Shown: piece by piece, positions 23,229 through 37,094 of the stretch | Layout: every line of letters starts with the position of its first letter | Numbering within the stretch: position 1 is the stretch's first letter | Assembly (NCBI GenBank): GCA_044229975.1 | Contig: JBGARZ010000001.1 | Coordinates: 1,024,001 to 1,088,000 of the forward strand | Direction of reading: 5' to 3' | Origin: Polyangiales bacterium | GTDB lineage: Bacteria > Myxococcota_A > Polyangia > Polyangiales > Ga0077539 | DNA length: 64,000 nt | Made by a program: the position numbers and the translations under genes | Notes under the pieces: model-generated | Told to the model about the DNA's origin: nothing | Databases searched by the model: none | Seen by the model: only the letters and a program-made list of their open reading frames with translations

Positions 23229-26200
23229 TCGCTCGCGGTGGCCTCGTCGGCGAAGAGCATCTCGACGTCGGCCCGGGTGAGGCCCTTCAGGCTGACGTTT
23301 TCGTCGGAGCCGAGCACGTTGGAGACGAGCTCACGCTTCTTGGCGCCGAGCTGCATGATCTTCTCCTCGATGGTCGAGCGCGCGATGAGGCGGTACGCGG
23401 TCACCACGCGGGTCTGACCGATGCGGTGCGCGCGGTCGGTCGCCTGATCTTCGACGGCAGGGTTCCACCACGGGTCGAAGTGCACGACGGTGTCCGCGCC
23501 GGTGAGGTTCAAGCCCGCGCCACCCGCCTTGAGCGAGATGAGGAAGACCGGAACGTTCTCGTTGCGGTTGAAGTGGTCGACCTTGTCCTGGCGGTCCTTG
23601 GTGGAGCCGTCGAGGTACTCGTAGGCCACGCCGTCGCGCTCCAGCGCCTTGCGGATGAGCGAGAGCATCTCGACGAACTGCGAGAACACCAGCGTGCGGT
23701 GCCCCGACTGGATCGCCTCCTGGAGGATCTCGCGCAGCGCGTCGAGCTTGCCCGCGTCGTCGTCCTTGAAGTCCCCGGGGATCTTCAAGAGCCGCGGGTC
23801 GCACGCCGCCTGACGCAGCCGCGTGAGGCCCGCGAGGATCATGATCTGGCTCTTGCCGATGCCCACGCGATCGATCTCGCCGAACACGTTCGAGCGCACC
23901 TGATCGAGCACCTGCTGGTAGAGGGCGCGCTGCGCCGCCGGGAGCTCGACCTCGCGCTCCACGACGATGCGCTCGGGAAGATCCTTGGCGACCTCGTTCT
24001 TGGTGCGGCGAAGCACCAGCGGACGGATGACGCCGCGCAGACGGCGGATGGCCTCGACGTCGCCGCGATCGATGGGACGCGCGTAGCGCTCCTCGAAGGT
24101 GGTGAGGTCGCCGAGCATCCCGGGCGAGAGGAAGTCGTAGATCGACCAGATCTCCGACAGGCGGTTCTCGATGGGCGTGCCCGTGAGCGCGAGCCGTCGC
24201 TGCGAGCGCAGCCGCTTGGCGGCCTTCGCGGTCGCCGAGATCGGGTTCTTGATGTTCTGCGCCTCGTCGAGGATCGCGTACGCGAACTCGTAGCGCTGGA
24301 GAAACTCCTCGTCCCGCCGCAGCAGCGCGTAGCTCGTGATGACCACGTCCGCCGTGTCGAGCTCGTGGAGCCGCTTCTCGCGATCGGGCCCGGTCCACGC
24401 GACGGCCCGCAGCGTCGGAGCGAAGCGCGAGATCTCGCGCAGCCAGTTGGTGACCACCGACGTCGGCGCGACCACCAGCGTGAGCGGCGCGCGCTTCGGG
24501 GGAGCGACCGCCGCGGGTGCTTCGACGACCACCTTCGCAGTCGCCGCCACGGGCGCGGGCTCTTCCTCGGCCACCTTCTTCTTGGTGACCTTCTTCACCT
24601 TCACCGCCTTCGCGGGCTCGGGCTCGGGCTCCGGTTCGGCCGCCTTCTTCTTGGTGACCTTCTTCACCTTCGGCGCCTTCGCCGCGTCGGCCTCGGCCTC
24701 GGCCTCGGGGGCCGCCGTCGTCGCAGCGGCTTCGAGCGTGCGCAGGTGGTCTTCCTTCAGCCACGCCAGCAGCGCGAGCGTCTGGAGTGTCTTGCCGAGA
24801 CCCATGTCGTCGGCCAGCACCCCGCCGGTCTTCGCCCGGTGCAGGAACACCAGCCACGAGAAGCCCTCGGCCTGGTACGGGCGCATCGTCGCGTGCAAGG
24901 ACTTCGGCGGAGTGATCTGCTCCATCGAGCCGTGGTCGGCGAGGCGGGCCAGCAGCTCCTTCGCCGCGGGCTCGACGCGTGCGCCGGGCAGGAGCCGCAG
25001 CAGGTCCTGCATGCGCCCCGCTTGTGAGAGCGGGATGTGCTGCCGACCCTGCGCGAAGATCTCCGCCATGCGGGTGAGCACCTCCTCCACCTGCTCACGC
25101 GAGACGGGCGCGAAGGTTCCGTCTTCGAGGCGCACGAGGCGACGGCCTTCGAGGAGCGCGCGGCGCAGGTCTTCTTCGTTGACCTTGCTGCCCTCGCTCA
25201 CGAACTCCACGTCGAGCGAGAGCCAGTCGACGCCCGACCCGACGCGGGCGCGCGGGGTGATGGGCGTGTCCCTCACCTGCACGTGCATCAGGTCGTCGGG
25301 GATGAAGCGATCCCAGTCATCGGGCAGCGAGCCGACGCCCTCCATCCAGAACGACACGGCCTTGTCGCCGCTCGCCTCGAACCACCCCGAGTGCTCTTCG
25401 GGCAACCCGAGACCCAGCTCGAAGAGTCGGTCGGCGGCCATGCGCTCGGCACCGATGTCGCGGCGGATCACCCTGGGCTTGGCGAAGTCCTCCTCCTCGC
25501 TCCCCTTCTTCGGAGGAATGATCGCGAGCGGCGGCGGCAGGTCGGCCGGCGGCACGTCGAGCTCCACGTCGCCGTAGCAGGCCCGCAGCGTCGCGCGCAC
25601 CTTCGACAGGTCGCCCTCCGCGCGCAGCATGAACGTCGGCGTGAGGTCGATGAGCGTCGCCACCGTCGAGAGGTCGGGCAGCTCGGTGCCCAGCGCGAGC
25701 GCCACCTTGGGGACGATCTCGCCGAGCAGTCGGCCGAGGTCTTCCATCGGGTGGAGGATCATCGGCGCGCGCGAGAGCCGCTCCAGCCAGGTGGGCGTCA
25801 CGCTGTCGGCGACCGTGCGCGCGACGCCCTGCACCGTGTCCACCTGCCAGGTGGGAGTGCCTTCAAACCACAGCCCCTGCGCGCCCGAGTACTTCCGGCC
25901 GTCGCTCTTGCGCTCGAACACCACCTTCGCCCGCACGCCCATGGCGCCCGCGGACTCCAGCTCCATGCGCGGGACGAGCGGGTCGTCGACGAAGCGCAGC
26001 TCCATCAGCGTCGGCTCGATGAGCACGCGGCGACCGCGCAGCAGCGTGAGCAGCTCGGCGGCGTCTTCCCCGCGGAGCTCTACGGCGGCCTGACGAGCGC
26101 CGCGGGCGTTGCGGGAGAGCACGCGGAGGATGTTGCGGTGCGGGCTCGCCGACGGACCGAGCGCTTCGAGCGCCGCGTCGGGCGTCATGGCCGTGCGCGC

Positions 26201-27052
26201 CTCGGCGTTGAAGGCCGTCACCGCGATGGCCATCGGCCGGAGCTGGAGCCGGTACTCGAACTCGGGGGCGCGCCGCGGGTCGGACGGCGGCAGCCACACC
26301 TGCCAGTTCATGCGGCTCTCGCCGGACACCACCGCGCCAGGCTGGAGCGGCAGCGACGACAACGCGCTGGAGCTGCTGCCCATGGTGCGCGGGCCGCCGC
26401 GATCGAGCACCACCACCTCGCGGGTGTGCTGCTCTTCGCCGCGATGCGGACGGCGGGCGGGCGACCCTTTGCCCTTGCGCCGATCGCCGCCACCCTCGTC
26501 GCGGGCGTGCGCCTGCGCGGCCTGCGCCACCTGAAGCGCCTGCTGCATGGCCGCCTCGCGCATGGGCTTCATGCGGTCGCGCAAGGACACCAGCAGCGCA
26601 GCGACGTGCTTGCAGTGACGCTCGGGGCCGCGCCACGCGGGGCACGTACACGCCGAGGTGAACGTGCCCAGCTCGGACACGTCGACGCGCACCACGTAGG
26701 GCTCGGCCGCGCGGCCATGAACGCGCCCCAGCGCCGCCCATCCGTCGATGCTGGCCTCCAGCACGTGACCGCGGCGGGCGTAGCCGCGACCCTTCTGGTA
26801 GGCGTTCATCCCGACGGTGCGGGAGAGCAGGCGCTCGCTCATGCGGGCGATGGCGAGCGTGGCCGGCGTCTGTGGGAGCGGGCCGTTGTCGACGGGCGTA
26901 TCGCCGCGCGGAATCTCCGGCAGCGCGTCCCCGTCGTCTCCGTCATCGTCCGTTGCGTCGGGCGGGTCGTCGACCCCGGTATCCTCGTCGCGCAACAGCT
27001 CGTCAGCCTCTGCCTGCTTCGGGTCTTTCGGACCGAGTTTCGTCACCGACAT
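23225..27052 (-). CDS. SWIM zinc-finger / SNF2-family helicase-like ATPase
   Basis: CTC..CKH SWIM; LRPYQ-like MRPYQ, LADDMGLGKT, LDEAQNIKN, LTGTPIEN, FSQF, SLKAGGAGLNL, DPWWNP, QATDRAHRIGQ. Confidence 0.95.
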   Translation of the reverse strand: MSVTKLGPKDPKQAEADELLRDEDTGVDDPPDATDDDGDDGDALPEIPRGDTPVDNGPLPQTPATLAIARMSERLLSRTVGMNAYQKGRGYARRGHVLEASIDGWAALGRVHGRAAEPYVVRVDVSELGTFTSACTCPAWRGPERHCKHVAALLVSLRDRMKPMREAAMQQALQVAQAAQAHARDEGGGDRRKGKGSPARRPHRGEEQHTREVVVLDRGGPRTMGSSSSALSSLPLQPGAVVSGESRMNWQVWLPPSDPRRAPEFEYRLQLRPMAIAVTAFNAEARTAMTPDAALEALGPSASPHRNILRVLSRNARGARQAAVELRGEDAAELLTLLRGRRVLIEPTLMELRFVDDPLVPRMELESAGAMGVRAKVVFERKSDGRKYSGAQGLWFEGTPTWQVDTVQGVARTVADSVTPTWLERLSRAPMILHPMEDLGRLLGEIVPKVALALGTELPDLSTVATLIDLTPTFMLRAEGDLSKVRATLRACYGDVELDVPPADLPPPLAIIPPKKGSEEEDFAKPRVIRRDIGAERMAADRLFELGLGLPEEHSGWFEASGDKAVSFWMEGVGSLPDDWDRFIPDDLMHVQVRDTPITPRARVGSGVDWLSLDVEFVSEGSKVNEEDLRRALLEGRRLVRLEDGTFAPVSREQVEEVLTRMAEIFAQGRQHIPLSQAGRMQDLLRLLPGARVEPAAKELLARLADHGSMEQITPPKSLHATMRPYQAEGFSWLVFLHRAKTGGVLADDMGLGKTLQTLALLAWLKEDHLRTLEAAATTAAPEAEAEADAAKAPKVKKVTKKKAAEPEPEPEPAKAVKVKKVTKKKVAEEEPAPVAATAKVVVEAPAAVAPPKRAPLTLVVAPTSVVTNWLREISRFAPTLRAVAWTGPDREKRLHELDTADVVITSYALLRRDEEFLQRYEFAYAILDEAQNIKNPISATAKAAKRLRSQRRLALTGTPIENRLSEIWSIYDFLSPGMLGDLTTFEERYARPIDRGDVEAIRRLRGVIRPLVLRRTKNEVAKDLPERIVVEREVELPAAQRALYQQVLDQVRSNVFGEIDRVGIGKSQIMILAGLTRLRQAACDPRLLKIPGDFKDDDAGKLDALREILQEAIQSGHRTLVFSQFVEMLSLIRKALERDGVAYEYLDGSTKDRQDKVDHFNRNENVPVFLISLKAGGAGLNLTGADTVVHFDPWWNPAVEDQATDRAHRIGQTRVVTAYRLIARSTIEEKIMQLGAKKRELVSNVLGSDENVSLKGLTRADVEMLFADEATASE
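24574..24671. repeat. Two exact 29-bp direct repeats (24574-24602, 24643-24671) inside the SNF2 gene encoding KVKKVTKKK
   Basis: ccttcttcttggtgaccttcttcaccttc occurs twice. Confidence 0.9.
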
Positions 27053-27285
27053 CGCTCCCGTTCAGCGGTTTGCGCCCTGGGAGGAACTCATAGGGCGCTG
27101 TGCACGCTCATGGGACCCCTCCACTCTCCACACGGCGTGGACGCAATGGCTCATCTGTGTGGCTTCAGCCCTTGCGCGCGAACGCGGCTAACCCTCCATC
27201 GGGGCACCGTCGGCCACCCGCGCGGCCTCACCACTCTGTCTCGACCCCGTCTAGCACAGCCTTGCGCCGCACGAAACCACCGACG

Positions 27286-29964
27286 CTACACACCCTCAGG
27301 ACGGGGCGCCGCGCCGACCAGGAAGATGCCCACGGGCGACGCGACCACCAACGAAACGCTGCCGTCATAGAGGAAATCCCGCGCGAACTGCACCCGCACC
27401 CGGCTCGCCTCGACCACCGCGCCCACCGCCCCGTGGAGCGGAAAACGTCCCAGCCGATGATCGTCGTTGGCCGAGTAGACCTCCAGCGTCGCGTCGGGCG
27501 CCGTCGCCCGCACCACGCCGATGTCGGGGTATCCGTCGTGCGCGAGGTCGGGCGCATACACCGCCCCGACGCCGAAGTTGGTGGTGGGCTCGGGGCCTGT
27601 CGGGCCCACCGCGTGGATCTCCCGCCCCGCACGACCCGACACCAGCCGCATGCGCCCATCGGCCGCCGACGACACCATGATGTCCGGCGCGCCGTCGTCG
27701 TCGAGGTCGGGCCCCGCGCTCAGCGACTGCGTCGCGCTCCCGGGCTGGCAATACGCGTTGTCCCAGCGGGGTGTTCCCGTCGCGCCCGACAGCAGCATCA
27801 CGCAGCGCTGGCCGTCGCGGAGCATGCCCATGGCGATCTCCTCGGTGCCGTCACCGTCCACGTCGCCGACGGTGACGAGTCCGAAGTCCCTGGGCTCGGC
27901 GGGTCGCAACGACGCGGGCAATCGCCACGCGACGCGACCGCTCTGGAGCCCCACCGCGAGCAGCGTCGGCGCGCCCGACTCCGACGACACGAAGGCCACC
28001 ACCGCGGGCTCCGGACGACCGCGCACCTGCAACGTGAGCGGCCCGGTGATGCCCCACGCGCCCGGCAGCGCGATGCGCCGGAGGAGCGTCGACCGCGCGG
28101 AGCCCACCACGAGCAGCGCCCCGCGACGCGAATCGACGGCCACCACGTCGGACGCGCCGTCGCTGTCGAGGTCGGGCACGAGCGCGATGTCCTGGCTCTC
28201 GCAGCGCACCGGGACCCTCGACTCCGCGAGCGGCGCCGACACCCCGCCGCGGTGCAGGAACACCCGGCCCTCCACACACGTCGCGAAGCCGCGGACGCGC
28301 GGGCCCAGGGCCGGCGTGGCCGTGGTGAGGTGCGCGACGAAGGCCTGCGTCTGCACCCCGTCGAGGCCCGCGGGCAGCGCCATGTGGAACTGCTCGCCGA
28401 ACTCCACCGTGGTCTGCACCTCGCTCTGCGGGCTCCACGCGACCGCGACCGCGTCGCCGCCGAGCGCGCCGCCGTCTTCGTTGGTCGCGGCAACGGGTCG
28501 CAGCGGCTCGGGCTCCAGCGCGCGCACCGGCTCGACGCGAGCGACGGGCGGAGGGCGGGTCATGGACTGCCACCCGAGGTAGCTGCTACCGCCGCCGACG
28601 AGCAGCACCGCGAGGGCCGCCGCCGCGCCGACGCCCTTGGGGCGCCTCGTTCGGACGACGTGGGTGCGGTCGATGGACTTCGCTTCGAGCGCGGTGTGCG
28701 TGGCCGAGTCGCGCCACGGCATCTCGGGTTCGAGCGCTGGCTCGGGAAGCGTCGGAACGAGCGCGGGCGCCTTCGCGTTGGGCGGCGCGGCGACCTTGCC
28801 CATCGGGGGCGGCCCGAGGCTGTCGAGATCGAATCCGCCGATGGCGGTCGTGGCCGCGGGCTTGGGCGCTTCGGGCGGGCGCAGCGAGTCCTTGAGCGGC
28901 GGGCGCTCGGAGCTGCCCGGCGGGCGCAGCGAGGGCGCGATGGCGACGGGGTTGACGGGAATCGAACCGAGCGTGGCGGGCGCCGCGGACGACCGACGCG
29001 ACACGTCGGCGACGAGGGCATCGAGGTCGAAGTCGTCGCTGTCGGTGGGCGCCGGCGGGCGCGCCGTGGCCTTGGCGACCACCGTCTTGCTGGCGACGGG
29101 AGCGCCCAGCGGCGTGGCGTCGGAGAGCGCCGCTTCGAGCGCGATGCGCAGGGCATCGGCGTCGGTGAAGCGGCCGCCCGGTCGCACGTCGAGGGCGCGT
29201 CGCAACACCGTCACGACGGGCGCCGGGAGGGAGTCCGAGAGTGCGAGCGTACCCGCGGCCGCCGCGGCGAGGCGGGACGTCGCGTCGGCGCCGGGGAAGG
29301 GCATCGCGCCGGTGGCGAGGACGTGGAAGAGCACCGCCGACGACCAGACGTCGGTCTCCATCGTGGCGTCGCCCGCGGCCCATTGTTCGGGCGCGGCGAA
29401 CTCGCCGCCGACCGGCGCAGGTCGGGCGTCGAGGCCCTCGCGCAGCTCGCCCTCGCGACCGAGCTCCACGAGCTGACCACCCGGCAGCAAGCGCGCGCGT
29501 AGCCGACCATCGGCGCCGACGAAGAGGGTGACGTCGCGAGGCGCGACCGCGCGGTGGACGATGCCACGACCGTGCAGGACGCCGAGCGCGACGAGGACGT
29601 CGAAGACGATGGCGCCGGCGACGTGGAGGTTGAAGGCGCCCTGCCGATCGACGCGCTTCTCCAGGGTGTCGTCGCCGTACCAGGGCGTGACGGCGAAGAC
29701 GCCGCCCTGGGGTTCGGCCGCGAGGTCGAGGACGGCGCCGAGGCGCGGGTGGCGCAGCTCGCGGAGGTCGGCTCCTTCGGTGACCATGCGCTGCATCGAG
29801 CGGGGCCCGAAGAAGTTGGCCGGGTAGTACAGCACCATCACGGGCTGATCGGAGCCCACCATGGAGGCGCACCATGCCTGCGGGGCATTGGACACCGGGG
29901 CCAGCGAAGCGAGGACGTAGTGGCCCGCGAGGGTCGTCCCGACAGGGAGCGTCGAACCGGACAT
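27286..29964 (-). CDS. Pseudokinase with TM helix and extracytoplasmic FG-GAP/VCBS repeats
   Basis: Kinase fold remnants (LRHPRL, HRAVAPRDV, FAAPEQ, TDVWS); TM; DLDSDGASD, DVDGDGTEE, DLDDDGAPD repeats. Confidence 0.8.
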   Translation of the reverse strand: MSGSTLPVGTTLAGHYVLASLAPVSNAPQAWCASMVGSDQPVMVLYYPANFFGPRSMQRMVTEGADLRELRHPRLGAVLDLAAEPQGGVFAVTPWYGDDTLEKRVDRQGAFNLHVAGAIVFDVLVALGVLHGRGIVHRAVAPRDVTLFVGADGRLRARLLPGGQLVELGREGELREGLDARPAPVGGEFAAPEQWAAGDATMETDVWSSAVLFHVLATGAMPFPGADATSRLAAAAAGTLALSDSLPAPVVTVLRRALDVRPGGRFTDADALRIALEAALSDATPLGAPVASKTVVAKATARPPAPTDSDDFDLDALVADVSRRSSAAPATLGSIPVNPVAIAPSLRPPGSSERPPLKDSLRPPEAPKPAATTAIGGFDLDSLGPPPMGKVAAPPNAKAPALVPTLPEPALEPEMPWRDSATHTALEAKSIDRTHVVRTRRPKGVGAAAALAVLLVGGGSSYLGWQSMTRPPPVARVEPVRALEPEPLRPVAATNEDGGALGGDAVAVAWSPQSEVQTTVEFGEQFHMALPAGLDGVQTQAFVAHLTTATPALGPRVRGFATCVEGRVFLHRGGVSAPLAESRVPVRCESQDIALVPDLDSDGASDVVAVDSRRGALLVVGSARSTLLRRIALPGAWGITGPLTLQVRGRPEPAVVAFVSSESGAPTLLAVGLQSGRVAWRLPASLRPAEPRDFGLVTVGDVDGDGTEEIAMGMLRDGQRCVMLLSGATGTPRWDNAYCQPGSATQSLSAGPDLDDDGAPDIMVSSAADGRMRLVSGRAGREIHAVGPTGPEPTTNFGVGAVYAPDLAHDGYPDIGVVRATAPDATLEVYSANDDHRLGRFPLHGAVGAVVEASRVRVQFARDFLYDGSVSLVVASPVGIFLVGAAPRPEGV

Positions 29965-30084
29965 GCGACGTCATTGGTACAACCAAACACCGCACCGCCA
30001 CCACCCGACAGTTGGCCACTATCGCTCGTCGGTGCTTGACCCCGCGCGCGGACACCCGTTCACTCCGACGGGACTGGCGATCCG

Positions 30085-31377
<1,293 letters not shown>

Positions 31378-31402
31378 TCGCGGCCCCCCCTTCGCGAAGA
31401 GG

Positions 31403-33799
<2,397 letters not shown>

Positions 33800-35251
33800 T
33801 CAGCCGAGCGGCGCGGCCTTCACCGCGGCGCGGCCGTCCTTCACCGTCACCGAGAAGCGGGCGCTGCGGCTGCGGGCGCGCGTCACCACCTCCGCGCGGG
33901 TGCGCTGGAGCGTCGCCTGGAAGCGCTCCCAGGTGACCCCGTCGGCCCCCTCCCCGCACTCCCGCCGCTTCGCCATGAACTGCTCGAACACCTCGCGCCA
34001 CTGCCGCAGCTCCTCGGCCTCGTTGAGCGGCATGCGCTGGTTCATGGGCGTTCCGGGTGCGTCGCCCGGCATCGAGAGCAGCGACTCCAGGTCGTTGACG
34101 CTCCGCAGCTTGCCGCCCGAGCGCTCGATCTCGCGCTTCACCACCTCGTCGATGCCGTCGTTGGCGGCCACCGCCACGTCGCGCGCGAAGCCCGACAACA
34201 ACAACGGATCGACCCGGTTGAGCGGCCCCTTCTGGAGGTCGCGCATCGCGTCGATGAGCTTGCGCTTCTTGCTGTCGTACTCCCAGTAGAAGAGCGCGAA
34301 GCCCAGCACGATGAGCACGCCCACCACGGCGCCGAGCGCCGCGAGCGGAACGCGCGCGAGGTCGTCCTTCGATGCCTTCAAGAGGAAGTCCGTCGGCATC
34401 GTCGGGAGCCCGCGCCCCACCGCGATGCCCGCCATCGCCGCACCCGGGAGCGACCCATACGCGACGCGGCCCGAGTGATCGGGCAGCTCGAAGGACACCG
34501 CGCCGCGGGTGGTCCACTCGGCGCGCTGCGACAGCGTGCGAACGGGCTCCGACAGCACGGCCTGGCTGGGAGCCGCGACGGCCCCGCGCTCAGGCACCGG
34601 GACGACGCCGCCGTAGGTCTGCTCGGCGCCGAAGACGATCAACGACGCGCCCGGCACGAGCTGCGCGACCCGGTCCACGAAGGTCTGCTGGATGACCATG
34701 CCGTGCACCACGGCGCCCACGTAGTAGCGACCCTCGGAGATCACCGGGCGGGCGGCCATGCGATAGGCGCGACCCGACAGCTCCCAGATGTCGTCGCGGA
34801 CGTTGCCCGCGAGGGCGCGCTCGACCAGCGGCAGACCGCCGACGTACTGGCCGGTCTCGTTCTCCTGCAAGCCGACGCGGCCCACGATGATGCCGCGCGG
34901 GTCGACCGCGAAGAGCACCTCACCACGCAGCGGACCAAGCCCCTGGTTGAGCTCGCGCAGCTTCGCCGTGATGGCGGTTCCGATCGCCGCGGGCGTGTCG
35001 CCGGTGCGGCGCGTCGCGGTGACCATCAACGGGACGAGGCCCGGGTCCGACGCCAGCGGCGCGAGATCATCGAGCCGCGTGCGCGCGTCGCGTCGGAGAT
35101 ACTCCTCCACGATGCGCCGATCGCTGTCGACCAGCGAGGCCACGTCCGTCGCGCGGTCGTGGTCGTAGGTCGTTCGAGCGAGGGTCATCGCCGCGACCGA
35201 CGCGCCCGCCACCAGCGCCAGCAACACCATCCAGAACCGTGAGAACAACAT
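33800..35251 (-). CDS. MXAN_5187-like membrane protein (two TM helices, Cache-like sensor region, conserved C-terminal domain)
   Basis: C-terminal WREVFEQF..RRECGE..TWERF..L....FSVTVKDGRAAVKA recognised by eye. Confidence 0.7.
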   Translation of the reverse strand: MLFSRFWMVLLALVAGASVAAMTLARTTYDHDRATDVASLVDSDRRIVEEYLRRDARTRLDDLAPLASDPGLVPLMVTATRRTGDTPAAIGTAITAKLRELNQGLGPLRGEVLFAVDPRGIIVGRVGLQENETGQYVGGLPLVERALAGNVRDDIWELSGRAYRMAARPVISEGRYYVGAVVHGMVIQQTFVDRVAQLVPGASLIVFGAEQTYGGVVPVPERGAVAAPSQAVLSEPVRTLSQRAEWTTRGAVSFELPDHSGRVAYGSLPGAAMAGIAVGRGLPTMPTDFLLKASKDDLARVPLAALGAVVGVLIVLGFALFYWEYDSKKRKLIDAMRDLQKGPLNRVDPLLLSGFARDVAVAANDGIDEVVKREIERSGGKLRSVNDLESLLSMPGDAPGTPMNQRMPLNEAEELRQWREVFEQFMAKRRECGEGADGVTWERFQATLQRTRAEVVTRARSRSARFSVTVKDGRAAVKAAPLG

Positions 35252-35275
35252 CGCCGCTCGCTCCGCAGTCTTCCG

Positions 35276-36025
35276 TCAGTGATGCCGACGATCGTCGCCC
35301 GCCGGTGCCGCCGGCGCCGCCGCGCCCGGCGTCCCGAGGGTGAGCGTCACCGCCGCCTCGCGACCCGCCACGGTGACCTCCGCGGAGGCCCGCTCGACGC
35401 CCTCGAAGTACGCCTTCAAGGTGTAGGTACCGTCCTCGATGTTGGTCGCCGCGAAGGCGCCCGCGCTGTTGGCCAGAAGCACCCGCCCCTGCCCCGGACC
35501 CGCGACCACCCAGCACCGAAACGACGGCTGGCGGGCGTCGCGGAGCTCGTACGTTCCGGCGGCGGGGAGGCTCACCTGGCGGCGGGCCCGCGCGGCCGTC
35601 ATCTCCGCGGCGACCACGCGCTCGTCCTGCCCCTGTCGCACCACGAAGAACTCGTGGGCCAGCATGTCCTGGTTGTCGAGCGTGAGCGTCGTGCCCGGCG
35701 AGAGCACCACCGTGCCCGGCACGCAGCGCCCACCCTGCACCGACACCGTCACCGGCTGCCGCGCCTCGGCCACGCTCGCGCCCGTGAGCACCACCGTCAC
35801 GTCGCGCTCGACGCTCGCCCGCGGTGCGGTGATCGCCAGCGCCCCGTTGGGCACCTCCCAGTACGACCCGCGCCACCGCGGCGGAACCGCGCGCGGCGAC
35901 GGGGAGAGCCCATCGGCGCCTGCGATTGTTCCGCGCACCTCGTGGGCGGACGCCGCGCCCGCGACCAACACCAGCCCGGCGAGCACGACCCACCGACGCG
36001 ACCCCTGCGACCACCGCGTTGCCAT
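35276..36025 (-). CDS. Secreted protein with cupredoxin-like / carboxypeptidase-regulatory-like beta domains
   Basis: Signal peptide AASA-H; NQDMLAHEF; GAF..NIEDGTYTLKAY; alternative start 36064. Confidence 0.7.
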   Translation of the reverse strand: MATRWSQGSRRWVVLAGLVLVAGAASAHEVRGTIAGADGLSPSPRAVPPRWRGSYWEVPNGALAITAPRASVERDVTVVLTGASVAEARQPVTVSVQGGRCVPGTVVLSPGTTLTLDNQDMLAHEFFVVRQGQDERVVAAEMTAARARRQVSLPAAGTYELRDARQPSFRCWVVAGPGQGRVLLANSAGAFAATNIEDGTYTLKAYFEGVERASAEVTVAGREAAVTLTLGTPGAAAPAAPAGDDRRHH

Positions 36026-36086
36026 CACGAGCGCATGGGACACCGTTCCACGCGACGGCGTCAATCGGTGAGTGGGGCGGTGGGCC

Positions 36087-37010
36087 TCAGATGCTGCCGA
36101 GGCCGCGGGCGAGCGACTCGATGTCGGCGCGGCGCATCTGCTCCACGGCCAGCGCCGGGAGCATCACCTTGCTGCCGGGGAGCTTCGCGAGCCGCTCGAT
36201 CATTCCCCGCTGGAGCGCCTCTCGCTTCGCGCGGGAGAGACCCACGCGGGCGACCTCCTCCAACGCCGACGCGCGGGCGAGCACCTCGGCGGCCGAGCGC
36301 GCGGGGTCGACGCCGGTCTTGAAGAGCGGCGTGAGCACCTGGTTGATGACCAGCTTGGCGAGCGGGAGCTGGAGCTCACCGGTGAGCTTCGGGATGAGCT
36401 CCTCGGTCTCCGCGGTGGGCATCTCCTCGGCCAGCGTGACCACCACCATCCCCGACTGCTTCGGGTCGCGCATGATGGCGAGACCCTCCTCGGCCTCGCG
36501 GCGCAACAACCCGATGGGCGCCACGCTCGTGATGACCTGCGGGACCCGCAGCATCTGCAAGCCGTGCCCCGTGGCGGGCGCGTCGAGGATGACCAGGTCG
36601 TACACGCGGCGACCGTTTTCGGTCTGCTTCACGTGGTAGAGCGTCTTGCCGAGCATCGCCCACGCGTCCATGCCGGGGACGGCGCGCAGGAAGCCCTTCA
36701 CGGCGCGGTTGTCCATCACCGCTTTGTAGAGGGCCTTCACCTTCAGGATCATCATCCCGTACTCGTCGAGGCACGTCTCCGGGTCGAGGTTGACGGCGTC
36801 GATGTTGGGGAGAATCTGCGCGACCTCGCTGGTGATGAACTGCGTCTCCAGCATGGCGCTCATCCGCTCGCGGGCCTGCGACATGGCCACGAGGACACGC
36901 TTGCCGCGCGAGGCGGCGAGCAGCGCGAGGGCGGCCGACACGGTGGTCTTGCCGGTGCCCCCTTTGCCGATGACGGCGAGGAAGCGTCGGTCGAGGAGGT
37001 CAGACGCCAT
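36087..37010 (-). CDS. ArsA/GET3-family ATPase (single domain)
   Basis: GKGGTGKTT deviant Walker A, VPG, YDLVILDAPATGH, VTLAEEMP..E, VIN. Confidence 0.88.
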   Translation of the reverse strand: MASDLLDRRFLAVIGKGGTGKTTVSAALALLAASRGKRVLVAMSQARERMSAMLETQFITSEVAQILPNIDAVNLDPETCLDEYGMMILKVKALYKAVMDNRAVKGFLRAVPGMDAWAMLGKTLYHVKQTENGRRVYDLVILDAPATGHGLQMLRVPQVITSVAPIGLLRREAEEGLAIMRDPKQSGMVVVTLAEEMPTAETEELIPKLTGELQLPLAKLVINQVLTPLFKTGVDPARSAAEVLARASALEEVARVGLSRAKREALQRGMIERLAKLPGSKVMLPALAVEQMRRADIESLARGLGSI

Positions 37011-37094
37011 GGAAGGGTGCCCGGTGCTACCGCGCGCATCACCCGTCACGCAAGCAGAGGATGAATGACCGGCGCTTCGGAGAGGGCGACGAGG

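Noticed and set aside
23225..27052. SNF2 ATPase as part of an anti-phage defence system
   Set aside because: No methylase, nuclease or other defence genes nearby; the SWIM-SNF2 architecture is a common chromosomal type
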